Shown here one piece after another: positions 36,675 to 46,631 of a DNA stretch of 64,000 nucleotides. Source of the DNA: a virus. Its lineage: Duplodnaviria; Heunggongvirae; Uroviricota; Caudoviricetes. The number at the start of each line of letters is the position of its first letter. Within the stretch, counting starts at the first letter, position 1. Under the pieces are notes generated by a model. The model saw only the letters and a list, made by a program, of their open reading frames with translations. It was not told the origin of the DNA and made no database searches. A program made the translations under genes and the position numbers. The DNA lies in IMG/VR virus record IMGVR_UViG_2799113057_000001. The stretch is one strand, 5' to 3'.

Positions 36675-36885
36675 GATGCCTTGTAAGTGGGGGGTGCCTC
36701 GGAGACCCCCTCGGCGTGCACATGTACACACACTTTCTGACCGGCTTTGCCTCACGTAACGGGTAAAACAAATAATTAGCTAAACTAATTACATATATCT
36801 ACCTGGGGTTTCTTTATAGGCCTACCGTGTGGGCAATTTTATGAAGTCAGAGCCGCGCCGAGGCACCCCCCATCTACAAGGCATC
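36675..36885. repeat. 28-bp inverted repeat (2 mismatches) flanking a 155-bp spacer with a strongly AT-rich core; candidate origin
   Basis: Left arm 36675..36702 and right arm 36858..36885. AT-rich tract at about 36764..36800. Sits inside a 1-kb non-coding gap immediately upstream of the DNA polymerase gene. Confidence 0.5.
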
Positions 36886-37165
36886 TGCGTAAAACTGCTG
36901 GTAGGCCGAGAAGTGCGCGCCATTTTGACCATTTACGCAGTTCAACGCGGCGAGAAACCGTGCACACCGAACGATTCGCGCCGCGAAAAGGTGTGCACAT
37001 CGCAGAGGCGGAAATGTGCAGCAGTGGCGAGCGGGGGCTGGTGTCGGCGAGATCAGCATTGGCGATATTTCGATGTAGAGATCAGGCGAATGGGCAATAT
37101 GCCTATTTCGATGCCACCTATCGGCGTGTCGGCAACTAGATGGCAATGATGTCGGCATCGAATGC

Positions 37166-39961
37166 TTGACTGGCCGCGTGTCCGATGAGCCCAACGTGCC
37201 AGTGGTCGATCTGCCGCGTGTCAACGCGGTCGAGTTCCAGTTCTATGACCACACGGTCGGGGCGCATCTAGTTACCGCTGACAAACAGATGGCGAGGTGG
37301 ATCGACGAGCTTCGGTCGGCACCGCCAGCCGCAGTGGCCGTCGACATCGAGACCCATGGTCTTGACGTCAACAAGTTCACCATCACGTGTGTCACCGTGG
37401 CCTTCGAACTCGGTCAAGACATGGTGGCGCTGTTGTTCGATCCTCTGCGCCGCGCTGAACACCGCGGGATGCTGGCCCGGGTCTTCGACCACGCGGACCG
37501 CCTGGTCTTCCACGGCGCCAGCTTCGACATCGCCCCGCTGTACGCCCACAGGCTCATGACGAAGGCGCATATTCGCAAGCTCGGCGACACGCTGGTCGCC
37601 GCGCGGATGGTGGGGACCAACGCCAAGGCCGGCCGCACGCTCGAAGACCTCGCGAACGTGTTCCGCGTGATGGACGACGATCGCACGTCGATGACCGAAG
37701 TGTTCTCCGCTCGAGGACTTAAGAAGGACGACGGTTGGCGGGGAACTGATATCGACACTCCGACCTATGTAGTGGGTGCGTTGTCCGACACCGTCGCGAC
37801 AAAGCGCCTTTGGGGTGTCCCGGGCGTTAACGGACACGGCATCATGGCCAAGGCCGCTCGCTACCTGACGGCCCCGTCAGCGGGTTTCGGCGGCCATGGT
37901 GTTCTCACAGCCACTGACGCTGAAGCACTCGTCGAGGACATCCAGCGCGTCAACGCGATAGTGCTGGAACGGACGGCACGCGGATACGCGGTCGACAAAG
38001 AGTTCCCCCAGCGTTTCCTTGAAGAGACTGCTGAGCAGACGCGGGCTGCCGCAACGACTCTCGCTGAGGCGGGAATCCGCCCGGGCAATGCCGCTGACCT
38101 GGTCAACACCCTCGATGCCCGCGGTCTGCTGCACCAGCAATGGCCGCGTACCGACACAGGCCGCCTGAAAGCCGATAAGAAGGCATTGGAGGTCTTCACC
38201 GGCGAGCACATCAGTGACGCGCTGAAGAACCCGCTGGTGATGGCGCACCGTGCTGTTTTCGACAACGAGAAGGACCGCGGCTATGTCGAGAAGGTGGTCG
38301 AAAATGCAGGGCCCACAGGGCGCCTACATCCAGAAATCAAGATTTTGGGCGCCAGCGCCACCGGCCGCATGTGCCTGCCCGAGAATCAGCGGCTGCTGAC
38401 CCGCCGGGGCATCGTGTCTGTGAACGAGATCCGGACCGGCGATCGAACCCTGGATGCAGACGGGCGCTGGACGACGGTGCTGGAGGTGCACCGATACAGC
38501 GATGCGCCGCTTCGCCGTTACACACTCGATGACGGAATCGAACTGATTTGCACACCCGAGCACCGCTGGGTTACCGAGAACACCGCCGGTAAACGCAAGG
38601 TTCAGTCTCTTGACCGTGCCCGGCAATCCGACCATCTGCGTCTCACGCCGCCTATTACTCCCGGGGTCTGCGGAGGCGGGAACTCCATGACCGCTCCGCA
38701 GCACGACGCGTACACCATCGGGCGTGTCACTGTTCAGCTTGCGCGACAACGCACCGGCGAGTTGTCCGATGCTCTATGCGGTCCAGCCGAGACGCGGCGC
38801 GCGACGGTGACTAGCCTGCGTGAGCGCTGGCAGACCGAAGGTGAAACCTGCTGGGTACCCGAGCATGCGCCACGAGACACCGCGCTGCACTCGGTGTGCG
38901 ACAAGTCTCTCGATGAGCTTTGGAACATGCTGGAGGGTGCGAGCCACTACGCGACAAACGCCAGTCACGCTGGTGTCACCGTGCTGCCTACACCCAATAG
39001 GCGCTACGCCGAGGCTTTCGCGCTGGCGGGATATCGCCTCGGTCTGCGATCCCTGATCTTTGACGCACCCGCAGGGGCTGCCGTCGTGCTACATCGAGGG
39101 CGCTCCGGCCTGGCCAACATGGTTGTGAGTGATGCCGGAGAAGGCGATGTGTGGTGTGTGACAACTGATTCGGGCACATTCACCGCATGGGGCGAACATG
39201 GCCCGTACCTGACGGGCAACAGTGCGAGCAAGCCGGAGATTCAACAGTTTCCCAAACGGGCACGAGGAGTCATCGTCGCTGATTCAGACGCCGAGGGCTG
39301 GATTTCGGCGGACTGGAAATCGATCGAACCCGTGGTGCTGGCGACTGCGTCCGGAGACAGGCAGTTCATCGCCGACATGCGCGCCGGCATGGATCCGTAC
39401 GAGCCGGTGGGGCAAGCGGCCGGTATTGATCGCAAGCTTGCCAAGCGAAAGATGCTTGCGGATATGTACGGGCAGGGACTCAAAGCCGCTTCGCTGCAAT
39501 ACGGTTGGTCACTGGATCAAGCTCGGTTCGTTCAGAACACGATCCGCGGATCGCTGCCGATTCTGTACAAGCTGATCGACGCACTCAAGGCGCAGTCGCA
39601 ACGATTCGGGCACGTGACCACGCTTACCGGCAGGGTGGTCGATCAGAAATTCAGCTTCTACGAGGGTGGACGTCTGGTGAGCGATGTGGCACAACGCATT
39701 GCGCCCAACCACTTCTGCCAAGGCTCGGCGCTGGACATCATGCACTACGCGATTCTCGAATTGGATCGCCGCGGGCTATCTGATCACGTCCATCTGTGGA
39801 TGCACGACGAGATCGTGGCGGACAAGGAGATTGCCGAGGAACTGGCCGAAGTCATGGCCACGCCGCCCCCGTTCCTGGAAGCGGTGGCGCAGTACCACGG
39901 TATCGAGGCGTTCTTGGCCGTCGACGTGAACGAGATGGGCAGCCGATGGGAGTACGTGTGA
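37166..39961 (+). CDS. polA: Family-A DNA polymerase (PolA-like, 3'-5' exo + polymerase) interrupted by an intein
   Basis: Exo motifs (VDIETHGL). Pol motifs B ([14 protein letters not shown]) and C (LWMHDEIV). Confidence 0.85.
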   Translation: MTGRVSDEPNVPVVDLPRVNAVEFQFYDHTVGAHLVTADKQMARWIDELRSAPPAAVAVDIETHGLDVNKFTITCVTVAFELGQDMVALLFDPLRRAEHRGMLARVFDHADRLVFHGASFDIAPLYAHRLMTKAHIRKLGDTLVAARMVGTNAKAGRTLEDLANVFRVMDDDRTSMTEVFSARGLKKDDGWRGTDIDTPTYVVGALSDTVATKRLWGVPGVNGHGIMAKAARYLTAPSAGFGGHGVLTATDAEALVEDIQRVNAIVLERTARGYAVDKEFPQRFLEETAEQTRAAATTLAEAGIRPGNAADLVNTLDARGLLHQQWPRTDTGRLKADKKALEVFTGEHISDALKNPLVMAHRAVFDNEKDRGYVEKVVENAGPTGRLHPEIKILGASATGRMCLPENQRLLTRRGIVSVNEIRTGDRTLDADGRWTTVLEVHRYSDAPLRRYTLDDGIELICTPEHRWVTENTAGKRKVQSLDRARQSDHLRLTPPITPGVCGGGNSMTAPQHDAYTIGRVTVQLARQRTGELSDALCGPAETRRATVTSLRERWQTEGETCWVPEHAPRDTALHSVCDKSLDELWNMLEGASHYATNASHAGVTVLPTPNRRYAEAFALAGYRLGLRSLIFDAPAGAAVVLHRGRSGLANMVVSDAGEGDVWCVTTDSGTFTAWGEHGPYLTGNSASKPEIQQFPKRARGVIVADSDAEGWISADWKSIEPVVLATASGDRQFIADMRAGMDPYEPVGQAAGIDRKLAKRKMLADMYGQGLKAASLQYGWSLDQARFVQNTIRGSLPILYKLIDALKAQSQRFGHVTTLTGRVVDQKFSFYEGGRLVSDVAQRIAPNHFCQGSALDIMHYAILELDRRGLSDHVHLWMHDEIVADKEIAEELAEVMATPPPFLEAVAQYHGIEAFLAVDVNEMGSRWEYV
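38372..39220 (+). other. Intein (283 aa) within the polA-like gene
   Basis: The host motif [15 protein letters not shown] (cf. TGRLSSSDPNLQNIP) is split by the insert. Insert begins with Cys ([15 protein letters not shown]) and ends LTGN, with a TxxH block (TPEHRW) and C-terminal blocks. Confidence 0.7.
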
Positions 39962-40236
39962 GTAAAGAGAATTCGTATGCGCGGCAGCACGGGGCACTCG
40001 AACGCGGAGGACACGATGGGGCGTCCGCGACCATGCCGACGCTGGCGGAGTTGGCCACCAACCACGTCGCGCATGGCGTCTTGGTCGGCACGAACTTCTT
40101 TGGGATCAACACCGTCCCCATTGCGCTCAACGAGTCCGACTACGTGCGTATGTGGATGCGGGCCGTGGCCAAGAACCGAGAAACACGCCATCAGCGACAC
40201 GACGCATCACGAGCAGAGGGGGAGGAGACATCATGA
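39958..40236 (+). CDS. hypothetical protein (GTG start)
   Basis: GTGA overlap with the polA stop. Confidence 0.4.
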   Translation: MSKENSYARQHGALERGGHDGASATMPTLAELATNHVAHGVLVGTNFFGINTVPIALNESDYVRMWMRAVAKNRETRHQRHDASRAEGEETS

Positions 40237-40349
40237 GTGGCAGCTACACACTCGCCATCAGCTGGAGTGACGAAGATACGCCTGGACTTCCGCGCTATAT
40301 CGAACCCGTCCCCTCCAATCAGCAGGGAGACAATGATGCTCGGATCTGA
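40233..40349 (+). CDS. 38-aa micro-ORF
   Basis: Strong RBS (GGGGGAGGAGACATC). Confidence 0.3.
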   Translation: MSGSYTLAISWSDEDTPGLPRYIEPVPSNQQGDNDARI

Positions 40350-41127
40350 CCCGATCGCAGCGCTACTCGGCGCCGGGCTCGACGCGCGTTCACCGCAGGT
40401 GGTGTGGAAGGGATACCTGCGCAAGCTCGCAGCCGCGGGTTGCGCAGTGACCATGCTCGGTCCGGACGTCGTAGTTCCCGACGGTCTTGATGCCGAAACT
40501 CTCACTGTGCTGGCGGAACTGACTCAGCGCTTCCCTTCGCAGGCCGCGATGCCGGAGGAGTCCACCGGCAAGCTCTCCGGACAAGGCCAGGTGGACAGAA
40601 CTGGCGATCAGATCAACGCACGTGTGACCACCTACTACCGGCACATCACCAAAATCGTTGGAGCTCAGCGCGCGCCAGCCTTGCTTGATGCTGGAGTGAT
40701 TACGCCAAGCGCCGGGATCTACATACCGTTTTCTCATATGGTCGCCGTCGCCGTTCCCGACGCGACCGCGCTGGCGCAATGGCGTAGGTGGGCAGCCGAG
40801 ACAAGCGGTGACCGCTTCGAGCTTCACACCGCGCCAACGCTACTGGTGCCCGGGCTGCCCGGTGGTGGTGTGTACCTGTTCACCACACCGGACACCGGTG
40901 CTGATCACCAGCACCCCGCCGCCATCGGATACACACCGGTTACCGGACTGAACTTCGCGGTCGGGGACAGCATCGTCAGCGCCGGCCAGGTGACGGTGCC
41001 GATCCCTCCTACGCGGATGGGCGGAGCGCCGGTGATGCGCCTGGGCCCATGCCGGAAGCTGCCAGCCTGGCTGGACGCAGCACTTCGGGAACACGGCTCC
41101 CAGAGCGTGCCGCTGTCGGCCGCGTGA
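40333..41127 (+). CDS. hypothetical protein
   Basis: ATG with RBS AGGGAGA. 264 aa. Confidence 0.5.
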   Translation: MMLGSDPIAALLGAGLDARSPQVVWKGYLRKLAAAGCAVTMLGPDVVVPDGLDAETLTVLAELTQRFPSQAAMPEESTGKLSGQGQVDRTGDQINARVTTYYRHITKIVGAQRAPALLDAGVITPSAGIYIPFSHMVAVAVPDATALAQWRRWAAETSGDRFELHTAPTLLVPGLPGGGVYLFTTPDTGADHQHPAAIGYTPVTGLNFAVGDSIVSAGQVTVPIPPTRMGGAPVMRLGPCRKLPAWLDAALREHGSQSVPLSAA

Positions 41128-41207
41128 AGTCATTTTGCTTCGTCAAAGCAGAAGGCCCCGCCACCATTTCGGTGAGCGGGGCCTTCTTGTTGCGCTGGAA
41201 ATTCGGC

Positions 41208-41507
41208 TTACTGCCCGGTCATCTTGCCGCCGGCGATGCTGTGGTCGTAACCGATCGTCTCGTTGATGGCGTCCTGCGTCGAGGTCCGGCAATGTTCGAC
41301 GACACTGTGAACGCTGGTGATCGCCGAGTTCTGCTCACGCGAGAAGTCGGTGGCGGTGTCCATGCCGACGCCCTTAACGGAGCCCGCAAGCTGCTGGTAT
41401 GCCTGAAGCTGCCGGCCCGCGGCTTCGTCGAGGATCTTCAGATCCGTGTCGAGCTTGTGGACGTCGCCCTGGGCTCCGGGGATGTCGAGGTGAAGTTGCT
41501 TGGTCAT
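41208..41507 (-). CDS. WXG100 (EsxB/EsxA-like) family protein
   Basis: 99 aa, helical hairpin composition. Followed by a second small helical protein in the same operon. Confidence 0.65.
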   Translation of the reverse strand: MTKQLHLDIPGAQGDVHKLDTDLKILDEAAGRQLQAYQQLAGSVKGVGMDTATDFSREQNSAITSVHSVVEHCRTSTQDAINETIGYDHSIAGGKMTGQ

Positions 41508-41545
41508 GGTTTAGGTCCTTTCCTGAGTCGGTTGTCCGAGACCGA

Positions 41546-41854
41546 TTACGCTCGCTGTACCGCTTGGGCGCCGCTGGCCTGGCGCTCCAGCTGGACCCGG
41601 ATCACTTCACGCGTGCCGGCTACAGCGGCGTCCGCCCGGTTAAGGACCTTCAGCAGCTGGGGGCTGGACTCACTCTCAAACTTGCCCTGGAACGCGTCCA
41701 TGGTGTCCGAGATGTAGCTGTGGGCCTGTAGATCGCCAATGGTGTTGCCGATCCGTCCCAGTGCCTGGCGCATAGTGTCGGTGTCGTTCTGCAGGTTGTC
41801 GCAGATCTTGAGTGCGTCTTCGGGAGCGATCGCAACGCTGCCGCTTGTACCCAT
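41546..41854 (-). CDS. WXG100-like small helical protein
   Basis: 102 aa from the internal Met with RBS GGAGAAA. Confidence 0.55.
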   Translation of the reverse strand: MGTSGSVAIAPEDALKICDNLQNDTDTMRQALGRIGNTIGDLQAHSYISDTMDAFQGKFESESSPQLLKVLNRADAAVAGTREVIRVQLERQASGAQAVQRA

Positions 41855-41917
41855 GTTTTCTCCGATGGTCGTAGCCGATGGGTGATTCCAAGGCAGATGG
41901 TAGCGCAAAAATCCGCG

Positions 41918-43288
41918 CTAAGCCCCTCTGAAGGCATTGCTGAGCGCATCGATGCCGTTTTTGATGCCGTCTACGTTGCCGGATTTGAACGTGATGCGTT
42001 TGAACATGCCCGAGCCGCTTGGGTATGAGGCGATAATTCCCCGGCCCCGCATGAAGGCCAAGGCCAGAGCGCCGGGTTCGCCTCGTGACACATCGACATC
42101 ACTTGTGCTGACCGTCACTGTCGCCAGCGCGTGGGTTGTGCACCCCGCGATTTCCGCAATTGCTGCCTGAGCTCCTGCGGGCGTCTTGGCTGCTTTCAGT
42201 ACGTTGCGGGCTGCCTTGCGTGCACGCTCACGTACCGCATCAGCTTCGGCACGAGTCTTCTCGTCAGCGTCCGGCTCGAGTTCGCTGTCGAAGAGTTTCG
42301 AGGCATCCGAGTCCGAATGGAGTTGATCGACCACAGCCCCCGGCAGGACGATCGGGGTCTTGAGCGGGTAGGCCGGCCATTGGCCTTCAGGGTCCAAGAG
42401 GTCAAGAACAGCAGCCGCGGCGTCGGCGCTGGCTCCGTCGCGGCGCAATCGGCGGCTGAACACCACGGTGGTGTTGTTGATCAGCGCTGAGACCACTTCG
42501 CGCTTGCCCACGCCGATCACGAAAGTCACACGGGGAACATCACGTACCGCGGCCTGAACGCCGTACGGTTTCAATTCGGCAGGAACCTCTACAGGCGCCC
42601 GTCGCTGTGCGTAGAGAAGCACCGTGCAGTACACAGTCAGTTCGGCGTGACCTGTCACTGCGTCGAACATCTGCTTAGCCTCGTCGGTCAAGTGGCCGTG
42701 TTCGTCGAGGGCCTGCCACGCCGTGAGGTCGTGACTAATCTGCGCCTCTGAGGTGGATAGATGCGGAAAAGTCGGCCCCAGCTCGATCGGGATCTGGCGC
42801 ACCATCGACTTGGCAGCCAGCCAATGCCAATGGGAGACCGTGAAGTACGGTGACGTCTCGGTCACCGGTGTGACGGTGTTGTCAGCAGTGAGCCAGCTGT
42901 TGATGGTGCGATAGTGGCCGTCAGCTGGGGCCTTGTCACGTCCCGGAACCAGCGCACGCATCGCAGCGCGCATGGCGTCGGAGACTTTGATGGTGCCGTC
43001 AGGGTTCATGCGAATATCGGCCCCGGCAGACTCGGCGATCGGCGCCATTTCTGGATAGGCGGTCAAGGCCGCCTGGATGCGCGCTTGAACCGTGTCTTTG
43101 GGCTTATCCGCCTCGGTGGGCCGAGCCTGGCCGTCTTCGTTTGTGTCCTGGGCGGATTCACCACGACTGTCTCCGAACTCCGACAGCGGTGGATCTTGCT
43201 GTGCTAGCGCATCTGACGTGGGTGGCTGTTCGTCGGTTGTCGTGCTCGCTCCGGATTCGAGGATCGCCTGAAGTTGCTCATTGATCAC
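41918..43288 (-). CDS. hypothetical protein (ESX-associated?)
   Basis: 456-aa ORF. Disordered acidic N-terminus and structured C-terminus. Confidence 0.5.
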   Translation of the reverse strand: MINEQLQAILESGASTTTDEQPPTSDALAQQDPPLSEFGDSRGESAQDTNEDGQARPTEADKPKDTVQARIQAALTAYPEMAPIAESAGADIRMNPDGTIKVSDAMRAAMRALVPGRDKAPADGHYRTINSWLTADNTVTPVTETSPYFTVSHWHWLAAKSMVRQIPIELGPTFPHLSTSEAQISHDLTAWQALDEHGHLTDEAKQMFDAVTGHAELTVYCTVLLYAQRRAPVEVPAELKPYGVQAAVRDVPRVTFVIGVGKREVVSALINNTTVVFSRRLRRDGASADAAAAVLDLLDPEGQWPAYPLKTPIVLPGAVVDQLHSDSDASKLFDSELEPDADEKTRAEADAVRERARKAARNVLKAAKTPAGAQAAIAEIAGCTTHALATVTVSTSDVDVSRGEPGALALAFMRGRGIIASYPSGSGMFKRITFKSGNVDGIKNGIDALSNAFRGA

Positions 43289-43335
43289 GGGGCGCAGGGT
43301 GCCCGGACACGGGCCGAATCATGGCCAGAGGCGCG

Positions 43336-45570
43336 TCATCCCAATGCGTGCCCTTGGTAGTTCACCTGTTGGGGCATCGGGCCCGTGGGTGCTACCTCTG
43401 GCGCGGCTGCCGGCGGTGCGGGTGGTGCAGAGGGTTGCACCGGCGGGGGCGGGGGAGGAGTGGGCGCGACTTGTGGTGGTGCTGCCGCGGGCTCGGCCGG
43501 CGTTGCAGCGGGCGCCGGCGCCGCGTTCGGTACGGCCGGAGCAGGATTCGGCGGAAGCGGTGTCACGTCCCTAGCCGCAGAATCAGACGGAGCAGGTGCC
43601 GGATTGGCCGGCGGTGCTTCGCCGTTGGCGGATGGCAGCGGTGCATCATCGGGGAGATCCGGAAGCGGGATCTCGGAGATGAAACCGTTGTCGCCGAGCA
43701 CCTCTGCGAGGTTCTCGATCAATCCGGTCGAAGTCATCACCAGCCCCTCACCTAGGTACATTCCGGACTGATAGGCACCGATCACCGCGTTGCCCACCTG
43801 AACGTCTTCGGGGTCGATGGGATCGCCCAGGGACGTCAGATCCATCCCGGAGGCCTTCGCAGCATCGATCACCGAACACGGCTTGTCTGCCGTGGCGTCG
43901 GCCATGTTCAGCATCATCTCGCCCAGGCGGGGGTCCGGGATGTTCTTCACCTGGACGTTGTGTCCGTTGGCCGGAACGGCGAGATCGAACGGCTTGATCG
44001 ACTTCTTGGACAGGGGGACAGCGTCTTTGTCGACTTTTCCGGTGTGTTCCTTATCCACTGGCTTCCCGGTGGCATCGAGCTGGTGCGGACGCGCGTCACT
44101 GCCCGGCATGCCCACAGACTTCGGCGTGGCAGGCCCGGGCGGGCTGAATGTGGCTGTGGTCGCCGCTGAGCGATCCTTGCCCGCGGCCTTGGCCGCCGCG
44201 GTGTCCAGACCGGTGTGGCGCTGATTGTCCGGAGCTGCGCTTTTCAATGACTTGAGCAGCTCTTCGGGAACCTTCCCTGCCTGTTGTGCGGCTTGTTGGG
44301 CAGCCTGATTGAGGGGTTGAGCGGCTTGTTGAGCGGCTTGTTGAGCGGGCGCGATAGCGCCCGGAAGCTGTTGACCGAGTCCTCCGGTGCCCAGCGCAGA
44401 GAGCAGTTTGGACAGATCGGAAGTGGCGCCCTTGCCCGCTCCGGCTGGAGTCGAAGCCCCGGGCCGACCGCCTGGTGCGGCGACAGAGGATCCGGGGCGA
44501 CCAGCCTGCGTAGTCCCATGCGCGGTGCCATTGTCTGCGCCGGTCACTCCAGCACTAATCAGCTCCGGTGCCACGGTTGCCGGGACGGTGATCTGTTTGG
44601 CGATGGCAGCGATCGCGGCGCCGTGGCGTGTCACTTCGTCGGTCTTGCTCAGCGTGGTCGCTACGGGGGCAATCTTTACGAACTCGCCGCGCGAGTTGTA
44701 GGCGGTGACATCTGCCTTGTCCACTGCTTCGTCGGTGACATGGATGCCTTGAGGAAGGCTCACGTTCATCTTCGCGCGTGCCACTTCTCTGGCGGTGTCG
44801 GCGATGTCTTTTCGTTTCGCCAGCTCCTCGCCGCGCAGCTGCTGGAAACTGTCGTTTGCCGCGATCCCGTAGCGCGCAATCTGATTGTGCAGATCGCTCG
44901 ACGACTCGGCGTCGGTGGCCAGCGTGGTGAGCGAAGCTCGGATCTTCACCAGCTGCTGTTCGATCAGTTGCTCACCCGAACCCTCGAATGCCTTGAGCAG
45001 AGTGTCGATTGCGATGCGCCATTGCGGGATCAGGTTCTTGGCCAGATCGTACGTTGCGCCCAGAGAGGAGATGTTCGTGCCAGAGCCGGGGAAACGCGCG
45101 CCGTCCGGAAACCAGGCTTGAGCCGGGTCGACGACAAACCAGGACTGATTGAGTGCCTCGATACCTGCGTCGAGCGCGTTGAGCGCGGTGTTGTCGCTCG
45201 GATCCAATGCGGGGAGAACTGCGTTGCCCTGGAGCCATTTACGTTCACCGTCCGGTGGTCCCGACAGCAGCGTCGAGATTGCCGGTGTGGTCCCAGCTGG
45301 CGCCGGCGAACCCGAGTCTGGTGATGTGCGGTCAGTGTGGGATCCCGCGTCCTTGAGCCGCGCGACCAGTGTGGCCGGATCCAGGCGCTTGCCAGCGACG
45401 AGCTCGGAACTGAGTTCGGGTGCGAGGTCCCGCTTCCAGGTGCCCGTTCCGTACTTCGCATCGACAGCGTCTTCGATTTGCCTGAGGCACACCGGCGCCC
45501 ACAGTCTGCCGGTTGGTTGGGTCAGGACTGCGTTGTAGCGGTCGATCGCTTGCTCGATGGGGTCGGTCAT
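43336..45570 (-). CDS. Large Ala/Pro/Gln-rich protein with a C-terminal degenerate NlpC/P60-like region
   Basis: 744 aa. C-terminal KPCSVIDAAKASG...VGNAVIGAYQSGMYLGEGLVM fits the NlpC/P60 Cys...GIY.GnG pattern but with Gln in place of the catalytic His. Confidence 0.5.
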   Translation of the reverse strand: MTDPIEQAIDRYNAVLTQPTGRLWAPVCLRQIEDAVDAKYGTGTWKRDLAPELSSELVAGKRLDPATLVARLKDAGSHTDRTSPDSGSPAPAGTTPAISTLLSGPPDGERKWLQGNAVLPALDPSDNTALNALDAGIEALNQSWFVVDPAQAWFPDGARFPGSGTNISSLGATYDLAKNLIPQWRIAIDTLLKAFEGSGEQLIEQQLVKIRASLTTLATDAESSSDLHNQIARYGIAANDSFQQLRGEELAKRKDIADTAREVARAKMNVSLPQGIHVTDEAVDKADVTAYNSRGEFVKIAPVATTLSKTDEVTRHGAAIAAIAKQITVPATVAPELISAGVTGADNGTAHGTTQAGRPGSSVAAPGGRPGASTPAGAGKGATSDLSKLLSALGTGGLGQQLPGAIAPAQQAAQQAAQPLNQAAQQAAQQAGKVPEELLKSLKSAAPDNQRHTGLDTAAAKAAGKDRSAATTATFSPPGPATPKSVGMPGSDARPHQLDATGKPVDKEHTGKVDKDAVPLSKKSIKPFDLAVPANGHNVQVKNIPDPRLGEMMLNMADATADKPCSVIDAAKASGMDLTSLGDPIDPEDVQVGNAVIGAYQSGMYLGEGLVMTSTGLIENLAEVLGDNGFISEIPLPDLPDDAPLPSANGEAPPANPAPAPSDSAARDVTPLPPNPAPAVPNAAPAPAATPAEPAAAPPQVAPTPPPPPPVQPSAPPAPPAAAPEVAPTGPMPQQVNYQGHALG

Positions 45571-45606
45571 ATGCGCTCCACTCGTGGCAGGGACTGGGCC
45601 AGAAAC

Positions 45607-46434
45607 TCAGTAGCCGACGCCGTGGCCGACGCCGCGCGCCATGAAGGTGACCAAACCGGTGCCGGTGTGCAGATCAACGTGGTAGCGCACGGCGATGTAG
45701 CGCCATGCCGCGGCGATATTGGCCACCGGGTCGTAGATGAACGTGGAGGTGCCTGGGGCATGATTGGCTGCGAAAGTCCCTGGGACAGTCTGCATGAGGC
45801 CGCGCGAGCTTCCAGCTGGTGCGCCGTCAGGCTGCCGGGCGCCCCAGGCGTTGGAATCTCCGCGGTTCACGGCGTTGGTTGCGCCGCCGGATTCCCCGCC
45901 CATGATCGTGCGTGTGGCGGTGTCGAATTGCCCAAATAGCCGTGGGTTTACGCCGGCGGCCTGCAACCCGGCCGAGATGTCCGCATCGGTGACATGGGGG
46001 ACAGGGTGTGCGGTGTAGATGATCTTGGACTTATCGATCGCGGCTGCCTCGGTGACAGGCCTGGTCGAAGCAACCGGCACGAGCACCAGGGGACGTGACG
46101 GAGCAGCGCCGGGTATCGGTTCCTCTACCGTGATCGATTCTTCGTCGCGTGCTGCATCCTCGACTGACGGTGCTTCGTCGACAGGTTCGGCGGCGGCCTC
46201 TTCGTCTGTCGCCTCGATGACCGGCTCAGGCGCTGACTCTTCGTCGACGAGATGGTGCTCGACAATCGGTTCGGTTGCCTGTTCGGTGCCGCAATCCGGC
46301 ATATCGCAGGTGATTGTCGCCACATCTGAAGTCGGATCCGATGCGGGGTCAGCATGCGCGACGCCGCCTCCGATCGCAGCGATTGCCGCCGCGGCGACTA
46401 TCGCCGACAGAACTGGACGCTTACCTGTGGACAT
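45607..46434 (-). CDS. secreted lytic transglycosylase (SLT domain)
   Basis: Signal peptide. C-terminal SSRGLMQTVPGTF...YDPVANIAAAWRYI matches the SLT catalytic region. Confidence 0.7.
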   Translation of the reverse strand: MSTGKRPVLSAIVAAAAIAAIGGGVAHADPASDPTSDVATITCDMPDCGTEQATEPIVEHHLVDEESAPEPVIEATDEEAAAEPVDEAPSVEDAARDEESITVEEPIPGAAPSRPLVLVPVASTRPVTEAAAIDKSKIIYTAHPVPHVTDADISAGLQAAGVNPRLFGQFDTATRTIMGGESGGATNAVNRGDSNAWGARQPDGAPAGSSRGLMQTVPGTFAANHAPGTSTFIYDPVANIAAAWRYIAVRYHVDLHTGTGLVTFMARGVGHGVGY

Positions 46435-46631
46435 AAGTCGGTCTCCTGAAAGATCTCGGTCGAGATGACGCGATATTGCGGCGGAGAGTAGGGCCCGCAG
46501 ACCTGGCGCCCGGGCTGCGGCGCGTGCGGTCCGGGGAGTTCTGTTACCGCGTGTGATGCCAACGAATCAAAAGCGGCATCTGTGTATTCTGCGCGCGTTG
46601 GAACGCAGAGATTCGCGAGCGAGGAGAGGCC

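Noticed and set aside
36158-36771. ORFs 36158..36583(+), 36343..36771(-), 36414..36605(+) in the large intergenic gap
   Set aside because: Arg/Pro-rich, mutually overlapping, no RBS.
36540-37149. ORFs 36540..36755(-) and 36829..37149(+), both translating ...RGTPHLQGI...
   Set aside because: The shared peptide is an artefact of the two arms of the 28-bp inverted repeat. The region is treated as non-coding.
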